64,000 nucleotides of DNA from Mytilus edulis. Lineage: Eukaryota. The notes under the pieces were generated by a model. That model did not search any database, was not told the origin of the DNA, and was given only the letters and a program-made list of their open reading frames with translations. The stretch's first letter is position 1, and each line of letters starts with the position of its first letter. Position numbers and translations under genes: made by a program. The stretch is from contig NC_092356.1 in the NCBI RefSeq assembly GCF_963676685.1, forward strand, positions 30,194,001 through 30,258,000. Reading direction: 5' to 3'. Shown piece after piece: positions 1 through 12,400 of this stretch.

Positions 1-300
1 TTTTCTGGTCTGTGCGTCCGTTCGTTCGTCCGTTCGTTCGTTCGTCCGTTCGTTCGTTCGTCCGTTCGTTCGTTCGTTCGTTCGTCCGTCTGTCCCGCTT
101 CAGGTTAAAGTTTTTGGTCGAGGTAGTTTTTGATGAAGTTGAAGTCCAATCGACTTCAAACTTGGTACACATGTTCCCTATGATATGATCTTTCTAATTT
201 TAATGCCAAATTAGAGATTTTACCCCAATTTCACGGTCCACTAAACATAGAAAATGATAGTGCGAGTGGGGCATTCGTGTACTGAGGACACATTCTTGTT
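1..300 (+). mobile_element. Non-autonomous Helentron/HINE-like element, 3' part (5' end off-window)
   Basis: (CGTT/CGTC)n microsatellite at 15-90, then a 3' end GTGGGGCA followed by a short stem-loop (GTGT..ACAC) and TTCTTGTT. Same architecture as the element at 32547-33516. Confidence 0.6.
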
Positions 301-604
301 TTATTCTCGTGTCAATGTTTGTTATATTCATTGCCTACAAATCCAGAACTAAAAAAGTAATACATAAAAACTGAAGATACAAAACGTAGAGTCCTACAAG
401 ACATAGAATAAACATATTATTTTGTTTTCAGGTTTATATAGCTTGTTTGTCGCTGTAACTCATATGAGTATCGGATCATGTTATAAATGTACTAAGAAGA
501 AAAAGAAAAAGAGTTCTTAATATACCGGTATACGCGTTTTGTTCATCAAACATTGTTAACATATACTTTGAAGAGTTTTTTTAAAAACTATATGTACACT
601 ATAC

Positions 605-676
605 CAGTATATACAAGTTCAGTATCTGTTCCAGAACACTGTTTCCGTCCCCAACGTGTGTATGTAGAACCATAAT
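605..676 (-). CDS. Exon 2 (72 nt) of the same gene; start of the short-chain collagen C4-like domain
   Basis: TTTCAG acceptor and G|GTATAG donor; phase matches exon 1; translates (D)YGSTYTRWGRKQCSGTDTELVYT(G), the YxRWGRxxC...LVYxG motif of this family. The gene continues beyond position 1. Confidence 0.8.
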
Positions 677-1197
677 CTGAAACTAGAATCGGAACAATAG
701 AAAAATTCAACATATCTATTTGGAACGTATTTCTATAAACTTTGTGCATAGCCCATAGTCTTTTTTGAAAGCGTGCTTGCCTTAAGTGAGGGATGCAGTG
801 GGTTCAATCATCACATGGGACAAAATAAAGAATTACAAATTTCCTTGGTTTTTTTTCGAAAAGAAAGCATCATTTCAAATGGTAGAAGCAAAGACTGATA
901 GGCAGTGATGTAAACTAATGTTGCCAGGTAGTGTTCAGCTTGTGTAATGAAAGGCATGTTCATATTAAATATAACTTGTTCTTGTGCAGATATATTTTTA
1001 TATTTGCCACTGAACGTAAAATACCAATATAAAATAATTGTATATCGTTCATTTGCATTTATCACAGAAAGTTTTTCAATACATTTTAAGCTGTAAAGAT
1101 TTCTTCTAAAGAAATTAATGTTGAAATTTCCATGGAAATATACATTTTGGTAATAATTCTCGTGTAAAAAGTACATTTAAGTTGCTACCATGGTTAC

Positions 1198-1573
1198 CTT
1201 TTTGTATAGATGCTGAAATTTTGGAGGTTACAGCTTCTAAATTGACAGTTTTTGCCTTTTCTCGATCAAAAGAGGATTGTAATTGGGTGACTGTTGACAT
1301 CAGGTTGTCGTTCCTTATCTTCTCCTGTGACAACTGCGTCTGTACTTGGACCATTGTGTTTGTCATATTCTTTTTCAATTCTGCCATTTGTTTGTTCAAT
1401 TCCTGGTTTGCTCGGTCTAGTTCAGCTAACCGTGATCCTACGACATCCGGGTCATTAAGCAATAGACGTTTTGCCTGTCCAACATCAAGTGAAGATCCAT
1501 CCGATATTTCTGTAGAAGTAATTTTCTGAAGACTAAAGCTCCAAACCACAATCAAAATTAACAAGATTTTCAT
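1198..1573 (-). CDS. Exon 1 of a secreted coiled-coil + short-chain collagen C4-like domain protein
   Basis: ATG at 1573, hydrophobic signal peptide MKILLILIVVWSFS, KRLLLNDPDVV motif, heptad coiled coil; phase-1 donor AAAG|GTAACC at 1198/1197. Confidence 0.8.
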
Positions 1574-3143
1574 CTGGAGTGCCGCTTACAACTTATTTAA
1601 TGCAAAGGTTAACTTACACATATTGTATAAGGAGATAAGATAAACTTTTAAGCACGTGGTTTACCTATTCTGTAGGAATCTTTCAAGTGTAAATGGCACC
1701 TGTAGATATATTATCTTTGTAGATCTAACATTGTTGAACTGAATTTAAAACTAATATACTACTATAAAAGTTTTGGTTTTAATCATTGTATAATTATTAC
1801 TTTATCCTATTATAAGGAACGAGTGTCGTATACAAGTATATAATAAAATAATCTTGATGTGACTGCATGTTAAATATTTTGTTATAATCTTTTTCGACGA
1901 ACAGGAAAAACAGCTAATCTAATAATACAATCTTATAGATCGCCTTTTTCCTGTTTAGGTGTAATATCACTCTTTGTTAATTGTTGATGGATTCTGCAAC
2001 AGGAATGTATATGCGTCTAGTGTGGATAGGGCCATAGGCACCTATACCACTGCTGGCTAGCCTGTATTGCAGGTGAATAAAAAGCCGAGTGAGTAAGTCG
2101 TTTTGACAGTACATAGCCTCTACATGATACAAGACTTCTGCAATGCCTCCTCTCGACAGCACAGTTTAACTAGGGTAATTTAGGAGCAGCAACATACCCA
2201 AGATAAATCCAATGTGTGGGCCCACCGGTGAGTGAACAGGTCCTTACACTCACCAAACTTGTCCAAGCTATTGAAAAATAACACGAGTCGTAAGTCAAGA
2301 AAGGCAACCCATCTAGTAGAAGTAATAACTCCAAATCAAACAGGTTAGATAAGGATCGTTATCGAGAGGAAGGATACCTCGAGAACAAAACAGGTGTGGG
2401 GTGGAGCGCGAGACAAACTTTCTCGCCTTGTAAAAAATTCACAGCTACAGAATCATTGATGAACATGAATACGTTTACCGATTCAGTAGAGAGGGTCTCT
2501 TCATCAACAAGACATGTGACGCATTGCAGGGAAAGCGAAAACGAAGCTGCAAAGCCGATTCACCTTCTGACACCTAAGCCAACCACCATACTTGGGACCT
2601 GGAATGTAAGAACCATTTACCAAAGTGGCAAAGCAGCGATCATAGCAAACGAAATGAAAAGTACAAAATTGAAATCTAGGGATTGAGCTCTTGTTACTGG
2701 TGAGACTATTCTATATTCCGGACACCAAGAGGATGGTTGTCCACATACAGAGAGAGTTTCAATGATGAAGTGAAACTTCAGTGATATATGGTAGGAAGAA
2801 GTTATGCCGCAAGAATGGACCGAATGCCATATAATCTAACTACCAACTATAAAGCAACCTTTCAGAATGTAAAAAAAAACATAACAAAGGAATTGCAATA
2901 CTATCAGTGGCAGCAAATGTGCTAAATAGAATCCAACTTACACGACTTATCAAGGCTGTAGATGAACAGCAAACAGAATTTAGGATAGACCGATCATACA
3001 TAGACCAAAAAGCCACACTACGTATAAATAAAGAATAGTCATCAGAGTAGAACACCTCCCTACTGATTAACTTTGTAGATTTTGAAAAGGCATTTGACAT
3101 CTAGGACAGATAAACCCTTTGGAACATCATGGATCATTATGGA

Positions 3144-3514
3144 AATAAACTCATCATAGATACCAGGACTAAATTTTGTTTATACGCCAGACGCGCGTTT
3201 TGTCTACAAAAGACTCATCAGTGACTCCCGAATCCTAAAAAGTTCAAAAGGCCAAATAAAGTGCGAAGTTGAAGAGCATTGAGGACCACAATTCCTAAAA
3301 GTTTTGCCAAATACAGCTAAGGTAATCTATGCCTGTGGTAGAAAAGCCTCAGTATTTCAAATAATTCCAAATTTTGTAAACAGTTAATTTATAAATATAA
3401 CCATATCAATGATAATTCATGTCAGCACAAAAAGTGCTGACTACTGGGCTTGTGATACCCTCGGGGAAATAAATCTCCACCATCAGTGGCATCAACCCAG
3501 TTGTTGTAAATAAA
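3144..3514 (-). mobile_element. ~370-bp hammerhead-ribozyme (retrozyme-like) repeat, full monomer inserted in the RTE
   Basis: Minus strand reads GTCA-CTGATGA-GTCTTTTGTAGAC-AAAA-CGCGCG-TC-TGGCGT (GAAA mutated to AAAA); AAATAAA at both ends; homologous to copies at 12308, 21788, 51097 and 52353. Confidence 0.75.
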
Positions 3515-3659
3515 TACCACAATCATTCATAAACATCATCTGGAACTTTTATAACAACATAAAATATATAGTTATACATGAAGGCAAGCTCAGGAAACAA
3601 CCAATAAAGAGGGACAACACCAAATTCTAATGCAATTTGGATGTAACAATTTTTTTCTT

Positions 3660-4174
3660 TGGCTAAAAGTCGCCGTCAAATCCACAGTTGACCAGGCGTA
3701 ACTAAGGAGGGACCCGCCATTTTGAATTGATGAATCAACAAATGTTCGATTACTACTATATAATCGAAAATAAAACAACACCTACCTCGAATTCGCCGTT
3801 TTAATGTAATTTTATCCTAATTTGAAGCACACAGGTAAAGTAATAACCTCCAGTTTGTAAGTTTTCATTTGTATGACGTCACGTTTAGCCATGACGTCTT
3901 TGTGCCAAAATCATTCATGAAGTTTCGCGGATTTTTTTTATTTGACAAATTTAGACATTTTTTCAAGTTTTATCGTATTTTTTCTTTTTGTAATGCATTA
4001 GAATCGGAATAACAGTACTGTAGTTGAAGAGTTGCCACCGTCAATTTTGATTTGACGGTCGCAAATCTCCGTTTTACTGTCTCCGCTACGCGTCGCCAAT
4101 AAAACTGCATTTGCGACCGTCAAATCTACAATTGACGGTGGCAACTCTTCAACTTCAGTACTGTTATTCCTTAA
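3660..4174. mobile_element. Non-autonomous element ending in a ~165-bp palindrome (MITE-like)
   Basis: Inverted arms GGAATAACAGTACTG...CAGTACTGTTATTCC (4006-4170) followed by TTAA; interrupts the RTE RT. Left boundary uncertain. Confidence 0.6.
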
Positions 4175-5959
4175 ATAGAATAGCTAGAGGAGTTTTCTTA
4201 TATCTAGGAAGCATTTTCAACATAGAATCGAAGGTGGTACAGACGCTGATTTTAAAGCAAGAATCAACAAAGCCGGAGAATATTCTACGGAAAATATTGA
4301 GTGCCAAAAACATCTCAAGAAGCACAAAAGTTACAAAAAATACTCTTGTAGGGACAGGAAACATGGAAAACAGCTAAAACAATGTTGTCTAGACTCCAAA
4401 TAGTCATAAACTACTGCAAAATGAGAACCCTGAACATCAAATGATTTGACTAAGTAAAAAAAGAATACCTATGGGGAAGAAGTGACTAATAACCTATTGA
4501 CATCAAATTCAAGAAAAAAATGGGTATTTGATAGGCTACACACAAAAAACAAAGAAGCAGCATTTTAAGGCACGCGGTTAAGAGGAACGAAAAAGAATCA
4601 GAGGACGACTAAGACACACATGGCTCAGAGCCACATAATTTGATATAAAGCAGCAAGAATACAACTCGAAAACTTTTAATAGAATAAGTTGCGCTAAATC
4701 GAGTTAGATGAAGGGAGTTCGTCAATGGCCTATGCTCCCTGGAGGAGCCAATGGCCTAAGTAAGTAAGCAAAAAATTTCACATAATATTTCATAGCATAC
4801 AAGAAAATAGCCATCACTGGAACTTAACCAAACAGATATTCACCTCTTTTTATTAACCTGTGCACAAGCTGTAGTTACCATGTAACCTCAGGTTTCCAAA
4901 TTATTCTTTAGAAACACTTAATAAAAAAAATAATGGTGCTTTTAAAAACCAAAGATATATAACAATGACCAGAAATGTTTAAATGCAATGATATCTAGGA
5001 TTAATTTTCTTGGAACTGTCAAGGGAATATTTTTTTCTACCCTTTTTTCGTATGCAACCGGATGTGACATACTATTGTTTGGTGATATTATACCTTTAGG
5101 ATTTGACATTGTTCGGTGTAATGAAGCTGACTTACTCCTCCCATATGTTACATGTTCTACTTTAGAGTGGATCATTTCAGTGCTGTCTCTGCAGTTTTAA
5201 CGGTTTTATTCTAGAGTTTGTTTTCGCAGTTTTACCGTAGAACAGACCCGTTAATAGCTGTCTCTGCAGTTTTAAGTTCTTTACTGGATAAGGTTCTCGA
5301 CACTCTAAAATAAAACAAATCCGTTATGAGATATCTCTTCATGATCGACGGTTCTACACTAGAACTGGTTCTCGCAGTTCTACCCTAGATCAGATCTTCA
5401 CATCTCCATAATTTAGGACAGCTCTTTATCTATTTATATAATTATCTATTTATTTAAATTTTTCTTATGTAATTACTAGTTTTCTTTTCTTTCTTCTTCT
5501 TTTTTCTTCTTTATGCAAACTTTTATTCTATATTATTTCACAAAAAAATATAATGGGATATCGTTTCGTTATTATTATTTTTATTTTAGCATTACATTTA
5601 TTAAATCAACATGATTAACTGTTGTTTATACTTAAGTGTGCGACAACATTCACATAATAATACTAAACCAATATCATCATTTACGATTGTAAATGTCAGG
5701 TGAAATCGGACATGGAAAACACTCCCACATAAAGTAATCAATAAAACTGCGTGACCTATATATTGTATCTGTAAAAAACCACCACATCGAAACTGAGAAT
5801 CGACCTTATAATATGTTTCTGGTATTTCTTTTCTAAGTATTTATCAAAATGTATTACCTGATTGCGCAACCATTAAATATACAAATAAATATATAATTGA
5901 TTCAAAATTAATTATAAAAAACGTGAAATAACACAACTTAACATAATTCAAAATATTAA

Positions 5960-6230
5960 AAAGATGATGTGGTATGATTGCCATTGAGAAAAATCTCCCC
6001 AAGAGACCGAATGACCAATTTAGATCACCATACGACCTCCAACCCTGAGCTAAGCCCATACCACATAGCCAGCTTAAAAAGGCCCCGAAATAACATAGGA
6101 TGAGCAATCCAAAGACTATCTGCCTAATTTATGTAGAAAAAAAACCCATCGAAAAGCAAATATGTAACAAAGCAACAAACAACCACCACTTAATTATAGG
6201 TTCCTGACATTTTAGGAAATGTTAAGCATG
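5960..6230 (+). repeat. Interspersed repeat family A (AGATGTGGTATGATTGCCAATGAGACAACTCTCCACAAGAG...)
   Basis: Related copies at ~19365-19410, 25660-25770, 27497-27920, 43180-43300 and an inverted variant at ~38885-39185. Confidence 0.7.
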
Positions 6231-6940
6231 TGATAAAGCTGCATATATTTGCAAATGTTCTGGAATTCGGCATAACGGTATTAGATCTTTTATTTTTAAT
6301 AGCACATGCTCTCGTCGCATTTTGACATTTTGATTTCTGTTTTTACAAGTTACTCAAGCCTGGTATTGTAGCAATTCAACAATATCAATAGTTGTATAAA
6401 CAGGGTCACATTTCACGTCGATTTCCTTGGAAACTTTTCAGGTCTATTAATTTTGAATTTCTATAGATTGCAAACCATTGGAAACTTATATTTACTCATA
6501 ACAATAACAACTGTCAATTTTAACCGGGTTATCAAATATATCAAATTACATTTAAGCAATTTGTTGGCAAAATCTGACATTCCACTGTCATAGATATAAA
6601 TAGTATTAATTTTCAGCAGTATATCTTGATGTTATCATACCTGCTCTTCTCCCAATAGTACCACATGTCATCTATTATCTATAAGGAATTGATTATTTTC
6701 AAGGCTTGCACAGAAATGGTGAAAACAATTGACAATATTCCTAGAGGTTACGATTTTTATTATTAAATGACTTGGTGTTTATGTGCTCGAAGCATTTTTC
6801 TAAATTTCAGTTGATAAAGTTAAATAAGATCGTATAGTATTCCCTGTAAGTCATATAAGGTCTCATTAGTAATAATCTCCCCATTCCTTCTTATTTCATC
6901 GAATTTAAATCTTTGTAATTCACCAAATTATAAAAGATAA

Positions 6941-7290
6941 ATAAAGGCAACAGTAGTATACCGAAGTTCGAAAGAAATAAATCGATTGAGAGAAAACAAA
7001 TCCGGGTTGTAAACTAAAACCGAGGGAAACACATTAAAATATAAGAGGAAAACAACGAAACAACAGAAATACTAAAGTGCAACAAAAAACCAAACAACAA
7101 TGTAACACACACAGAAACGAATTTTAAGATAACAATTGCCATTTTCCTGACTTAGTACAAGACATTTTAAGAAAAAAAATGGTAGTTTGAACCTAGTTGT
7201 TTTGTGGCTAGCCAAACTTCCCGCTCTCGTGGCAATGTTAAATATAACACTAAAATGATAACATTGCATGACAGGACTACAATACAAATA
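6941..7290 (+). repeat. Interspersed repeat family B (ATAAAGGCAACAGTAGTATACCG...)
   Basis: Related copies at 31741-32000, 39766-40040 and 45544-45690. Confidence 0.75.
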
Positions 7291-7620
7291 AATGAATACA
7301 AGATATATTATTTCAAGAAAAGTTTTTCATATGGTTCAGTTTTTCAGATTTTTTTTTATGGTCGATATATTGATTGATTGCTGTTTGCTTATCTGATCTT
7401 TAGCAGATATTACAAACATAGTCAAGACGTACACATTACCATTAAAATATGTGACATGAAGTTCTGCAAAGTTGTTCAACCTGGACGAAAAGATAACATT
7501 TCGACTGCCACTAGAAAGAAATGAGTAAATTGATGATGGCAAATGGAAATAAAATATTGCCTTTGGTAGGGTTGTTGTCTCCTTGACACATTTCCCAAAA
7601 CTTGTAGAAAAGGTTCTTTA

Positions 7621-8191
7621 AGGTAGATAGGGTGTCTTCCTCCATCTTGGATTTGTAAATACAAGAAAACAAGGTCTATATGTTAAATAGAATGTGCAAA
7701 ATTTAAGAGTAGTAAGTAATTCATGTGTAAGAACTTTCACTTCAATATAGAAAATGATGTATTTTACAAACAATAGAAATTTTTGTTACATTAATTTTTT
7801 TCCAAATTTGCCACATAAGGGAAGGCAACTCAAATGCAAGGGCAGATAATTCAGATTAAGGTACTTTTACAATAGAATGTGTTAGTAATTTACCTAATTT
7901 ATAATGTAGCAAGAAAACGGGTACGGTGATCCCAATTTTTCTTTTTCTTATCTGAAAAGCATACTATTAAAGCTATCTTCTCATGTTATCTCAAAATTTT
8001 AATGTGTAGTTTGCGCTTTATTGCAGACAATTGGGTTTTCCATACATAATCTATACAAAATTTGTTAATGCGTGAAAATAAGCCCCGTAACTCATTCTTT
8101 TTTTTTTCTTTTTTTAAAGCATGATATAAACTACATTTTGTCAAATTATTGAAAAATTCTATGGATTATAGTTTAGACACCACATCTACCT
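7621..8191. mobile_element. Non-autonomous TIR DNA transposon (Kolobok-like, TTAA target)
   Basis: Termini AGGTAGATAGGGTGTCT / AGACACCACATCTACCT in a TTAA/TTTA context; truncated related copy at ~17302-17460. Confidence 0.6.
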
Positions 8192-8789
8192 TTACTTAGA
8201 AAGATTATAACACTACTTCAAACTTTATCAGCATGTAGATTCTATCTGTTTATATACTGTAAATAAGGCTGTATCTCATTCTTTATTGTCAGGGGTGCGT
8301 AAAAATCATTAATAATTAGCTTTTTATCATTCTTTAAAAAAAGCCATATAGACGCCTCATAATTGCCCTACTGGAAGGTAGATGCCTTGGACGAAAATCG
8401 ATTGAACATGTTAAAGATTGCATTCTTTAATAGTATCTTTTCGTCTTTAGAAAGATCGGAACTTGTTCTAAATCTTTTCTAAGACACCGACCTACCTAGC
8501 AATGATCATTCCTTAAAAATCTAAGAAAAACAACTTATCTCCCAGTAAAATCAGAGGATCAAGATAGGACATGTTTACAAATTGACCATCATTGTCCTGT
8601 TGGTCTTCTAGATGTGTTTTCCTAGGCTATGTCACATCTGCTTATTCTTATATTGGAGACATACTTTTGTAATTAGAATTACTTAAATTTATGAATGTCA
8701 ATGAATGATTGTACTAACGTGATAAACAATCAATATAGTACTACACCCCTCCTTTCAAGTTCTGGTATTTTCATTTGTATTGTAATTAA

Positions 8790-9150
8790 AGCTGATGGGT
8801 TCTTCAACAATAAGGATAATTTTATATAGAACCATATCAAATGCCTACTTACCTACTGATTTAGTTTCTTTTTGTCGAAAGTATAATTAAAAGGATGATG
8901 ATTCCAACATTATCATCCATGCTTACCTGTGACAAAAAACATAGTCAGATCTTTAGAATACAAATGAATTCTTTAACAATAAGGATCATTTTCTATATTT
9001 TCTCTATAGAATCAGTTACCTAGTTACTCTCTGTTCTATTCTTGTTTGTCAAGATAATTAACAGATGTGGATTTATCATGTATACTTTCTTTTGACGAAA
9101 ACACGTTAAGATATTAAGAAAAACAAGTATATTCTCTAACAATAAGGATA
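8790..9150 (+). repeat. Degenerate ~165-bp tandem repeat remnants
   Basis: TTCTTYAACAATAAGGAT-like motif at ~8801, 8969 and 9132; related units at ~16665-16840. Confidence 0.5.
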
Positions 9151-10635
9151 CCTATATATTTATAGTTATATAACAGAAACAATGTTCGATTTATAATGTG
9201 ATTTTTTGTGTTCTTTATTTTTATAATCATTTAAATATTTACTTTTTATCAAGATGAATGAAAAGGTGAGGTCAGATCTTTATTGTTCACACTAAAATCA
9301 GCACCACACTTTAATTTAAGGTCATAGTATACACTTAAAAAAGAGTATTTACAAAAATACTGAACTCCAAGGTTAACTAAACAAAAGGAGGAATGACAAA
9401 ATGAACCACTCAGTTATATCAACAAACAGAACTAATAGCAAACTAATATAACATTCTCGCTTTTGGAAAGGCATTTCAGACGAAAATGATAAGTTAAACC
9501 TGGTTTTATAGATAGCTCAATCTCACTTTTGTACATCAACTGTTTACATTTCCGTTATATTGATAAAATTAGGTGAGCAACTCAAAAAGACATAATTAGT
9601 TAGCGTGATAATTATAGTGGAAGATATTAGCAAGAAAAATGGAGGGAATTGTGCAAATGATGATACAAGCATGGAAATTAGCACGAAGCATCATTATTAT
9701 ATACTTTTTAAGAAAAAACTGCTGGCCATAAAAAAATCATTTTTTCAAGATGGCCACCACCTTTTCTAAAACGGCTGTTTTTTACAGGTTTAAAATACAT
9801 ATTTTCTGGTAAACATTTTCTTTGACCTTCTTTTAGAAGAAAATATTATCAGATTTGGTGGCTACCTTCTTTTCATGTGACATATATACTAGAAATGAAT
9901 ATATTACATGTTCAGGGTTTGTGCATGCGCGAAAATGTTACAAAATTCACACAAAAACATTTAAATTATTCATTATATACTTAGCGCTTTTGGATTTTTA
10001 ATGACGTTATGAATTTGTTTGATACCATTTTTTAAGGTTATGATACACATGCGTTTAACAATTTCGCGCATGCGCAGACTTTTTATAGACATAAAGAGAG
10101 ATTTGCACGCACTATAAGGGTACACTGATGTAAATCGTAGTTCATCTTACAGATGAGGATTTGGATTTTGTAAACATATCTTTGTCATCATTTCATTCCT
10201 CTAAACATCAAGGCTCTTCTGTTAAAGTTCGTGTAACTGATGCTACTGTTTGAAAACACGTCCTTTCAGGTGCAATGATCAAGCATTCATTGAATAAGGT
10301 GAATAGGTGGTTAACTTTCTAAATCCCGGGCAACCATAATTATAGCTGCAGATCAACCACTTTGGTATTGGCTAAGCAATTTTAGTGGGAATGGCCAGAT
10401 TTGTACGGAGAAGATAAGTTTATCGTCATGTTTGGTGGATTGTATATTACAATGACTTGTTTTAAAAGTCTGAGTGAAATATTGCGTGATAGTGGATGGA
10501 CATGTGCCCTCACTGAAGCCGTTATTGCAACACATAGAATGGCAGATTCTTTTCATATATGTTCAAAGGTAAAAAGAACTAAATACGCACATCGATGGCA
10601 GCATGTGTTTTGCTTGAATTGATAATATCAGCTTA

Positions 10636-10920
10636 CATGAATGTGACCTACCGAATTAGACTTTTTACCGGATTTGTAATCACATAAGCAACACGACGGG
10701 TGCCAAATGTGGAGGAGGATCTGCTTACCCTTCCGGAGCACCTGAGATCACCCCTAGTTTTTGGTGGGGTTCGTATTGTTTATTCTTTAGTTTTCTATGT
10801 TGTGTCCTGTGTATTATAATTGTTTGTCTGTTTGTCTTGTTCATTTTTAGCCATGGCGTTGTCAGTTTATTTTAGATTTATGAGTTTGACTGTCCCTTTA
10901 GTATCTTTCGTCCCTCTTTT
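10636..10920 (+). mobile_element. Penelope-like element 3'/pLTR fragment nested in the Academ element
   Basis: GAATGTGACCTACCGAATTAGAC...GCAACACGACGGGTGCC...; the same sequence follows Penelope-like RT remnants at 32140-32208 and 33533-33740. Confidence 0.6.
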
Positions 10921-12356
10921 ATAAACGCGTAAACGCAGAACATATAACCCATGACTCTGTGACGTTCAAGTATTTGATCAACTGGTGTAAGGAAAGAGAG
11001 TCGTCTCGACCACAGTTTAATTTCTGGCTTTCAATTATGAATTAAGAACTTCTTGTGATTTCGGTAGTACGCCTCATTTCACGAGTCAGATATCGTACAA
11101 ACAGTCCATACTAAGCAGGATACATATTTTGTTTGTCTTGATCATGTTAATTATGCTCGATGGTTACCAATCGCGATCCATTTCCGAGGCATGTCATCCC
11201 TTCACGAACATCACCCACAGGTGACAATGGAATTTGCGAGTGGGAATTTTACTTTGCGTAAGACCAGATAGTCGTTTTCTTATATCACAACTGATCAGGC
11301 ACAAACACAGAATAATGCAATTGTAAAGGGCGATGTTGGTGCCATACGTTAAACCGAATATCCCTTTAGGACGCGATGGATGGTAGCTAGACCAGAAGTT
11401 AGTAGACTGGGAGCTGAATTTTAAAGATCTAGTGGTTTGAGTCATTCTATAACAGATAAACGACATCATGAAGACTCTACGATACACAAAAGTCTTTCTT
11501 CAAAAAACTTTCAAAGGCTTTCCAAAGTGATGAACTAGTTTGGAAATTCATTTCTAGAACAGTCGTCAGATTTGTACAGAACTGGTCAATTTATGGAAGT
11601 TTTGGATTCGGAAGCAGGTAAGATATGTATAAAAACTCCAAGATATTGGGTCCAAACAATACGGATATCTTTTGAAGCAAATGCAAAACGAAAGAGAATC
11701 TGCTTTTTATAACCAGAGAAAAAGAACAATTCCCTATAAAAGGCGTAAAATGAAACTGGAATCGTCTTTGTCAAAAACAAAGCTGAAGAACCTGAAAAGT
11801 AATTGCGATCTCTTTATTTTACTTTAATTTCTTGTCAAAGTAGACAGTTTGACTCTGAAGATGTCTTTAGCCATGAAAACCAAAATGCTCCTCCGTCTTT
11901 GTCTCAGAATGTAACTGTAAACAGTGGTATTAAATCGCAGCAAAGAGGTATACTTGAAACATTTTGCAAGTACTGACGAAATTGTCGTTGGTGGAGCAGC
12001 AATGGTTTATTCCAGGCCACCATGTGGGGCAAAACATATCTGATGATTATACAAATGATGTCATACTGCCTTATAGCCTAAAATCTTGCACCGATAAGTA
12101 TCCAAGAGTAGACATTGTATTTGATGTTTAATAAATGAATGATTTAAAGGCTTGGACGAGAAAAAAAGGCAAGATATTGGTGCTAAACGGAAAGTTGGTG
12201 GTACTGGTAACACGCCAAGGGTTTGAAGTAGTTTTCTCTGTGAAGATGACAACAAAACGGGTTTGTTCAAGTTTCTTGCCGACATAATTCTATAGTAATT
12301 TATAAAAATGCTCTTCAACTTTGTACTTGTTTGGCTTTATAAATATTTTGATATGA

Positions 12357-12400
12357 GCGTCACTGATGAGTCTTATGTAGACGAAACGCGCGTCTGGCGT
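12357..12400 (+). ncRNA. Type I minimal hammerhead ribozyme with intact core, in retrozyme fragment 12308-12433
   Basis: GCGUCA-CUGAUGA-GUCU(UAUGU)AGAC-GAAA-CGCGCG-UC/UGGCGU: all core nucleotides present, stems I and II pair, palindromic stem III; predicted cleavage after C12394. Confidence 0.85.

Larger units (their letters stand above)
1980..4768 (+). mobile_element. Degenerate RTE-clade non-LTR retrotransposon
   Basis: APE start ILGTWNVRTIYQSGK (~2590); RT remnants GIAILSVAANVLNRI and LLINFVDFEKAFD (2890-3100), YLGSI..GGTDADFKARINKA (4200-4275); 3' end GGCCTATGCTCC...(TAAG)3 tail. Many stops, frameshifts and two insertions. Confidence 0.85.

Noticed and set aside
811-1176. 121-aa minus-strand ORF
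   Set aside because: Lies in the intron between the two supported exons; AT-biased with no recognisable motif.
1115-1197. C-terminal tail of the 152-aa ORF
   Set aside because: Read-through past a good splice donor; the spliced product gives a conserved domain instead.
4942-5420. Short ORFs and degenerate GCAGTTTTA repeats
   Set aside because: No domain or splice support; repeats too decayed to define a unit.
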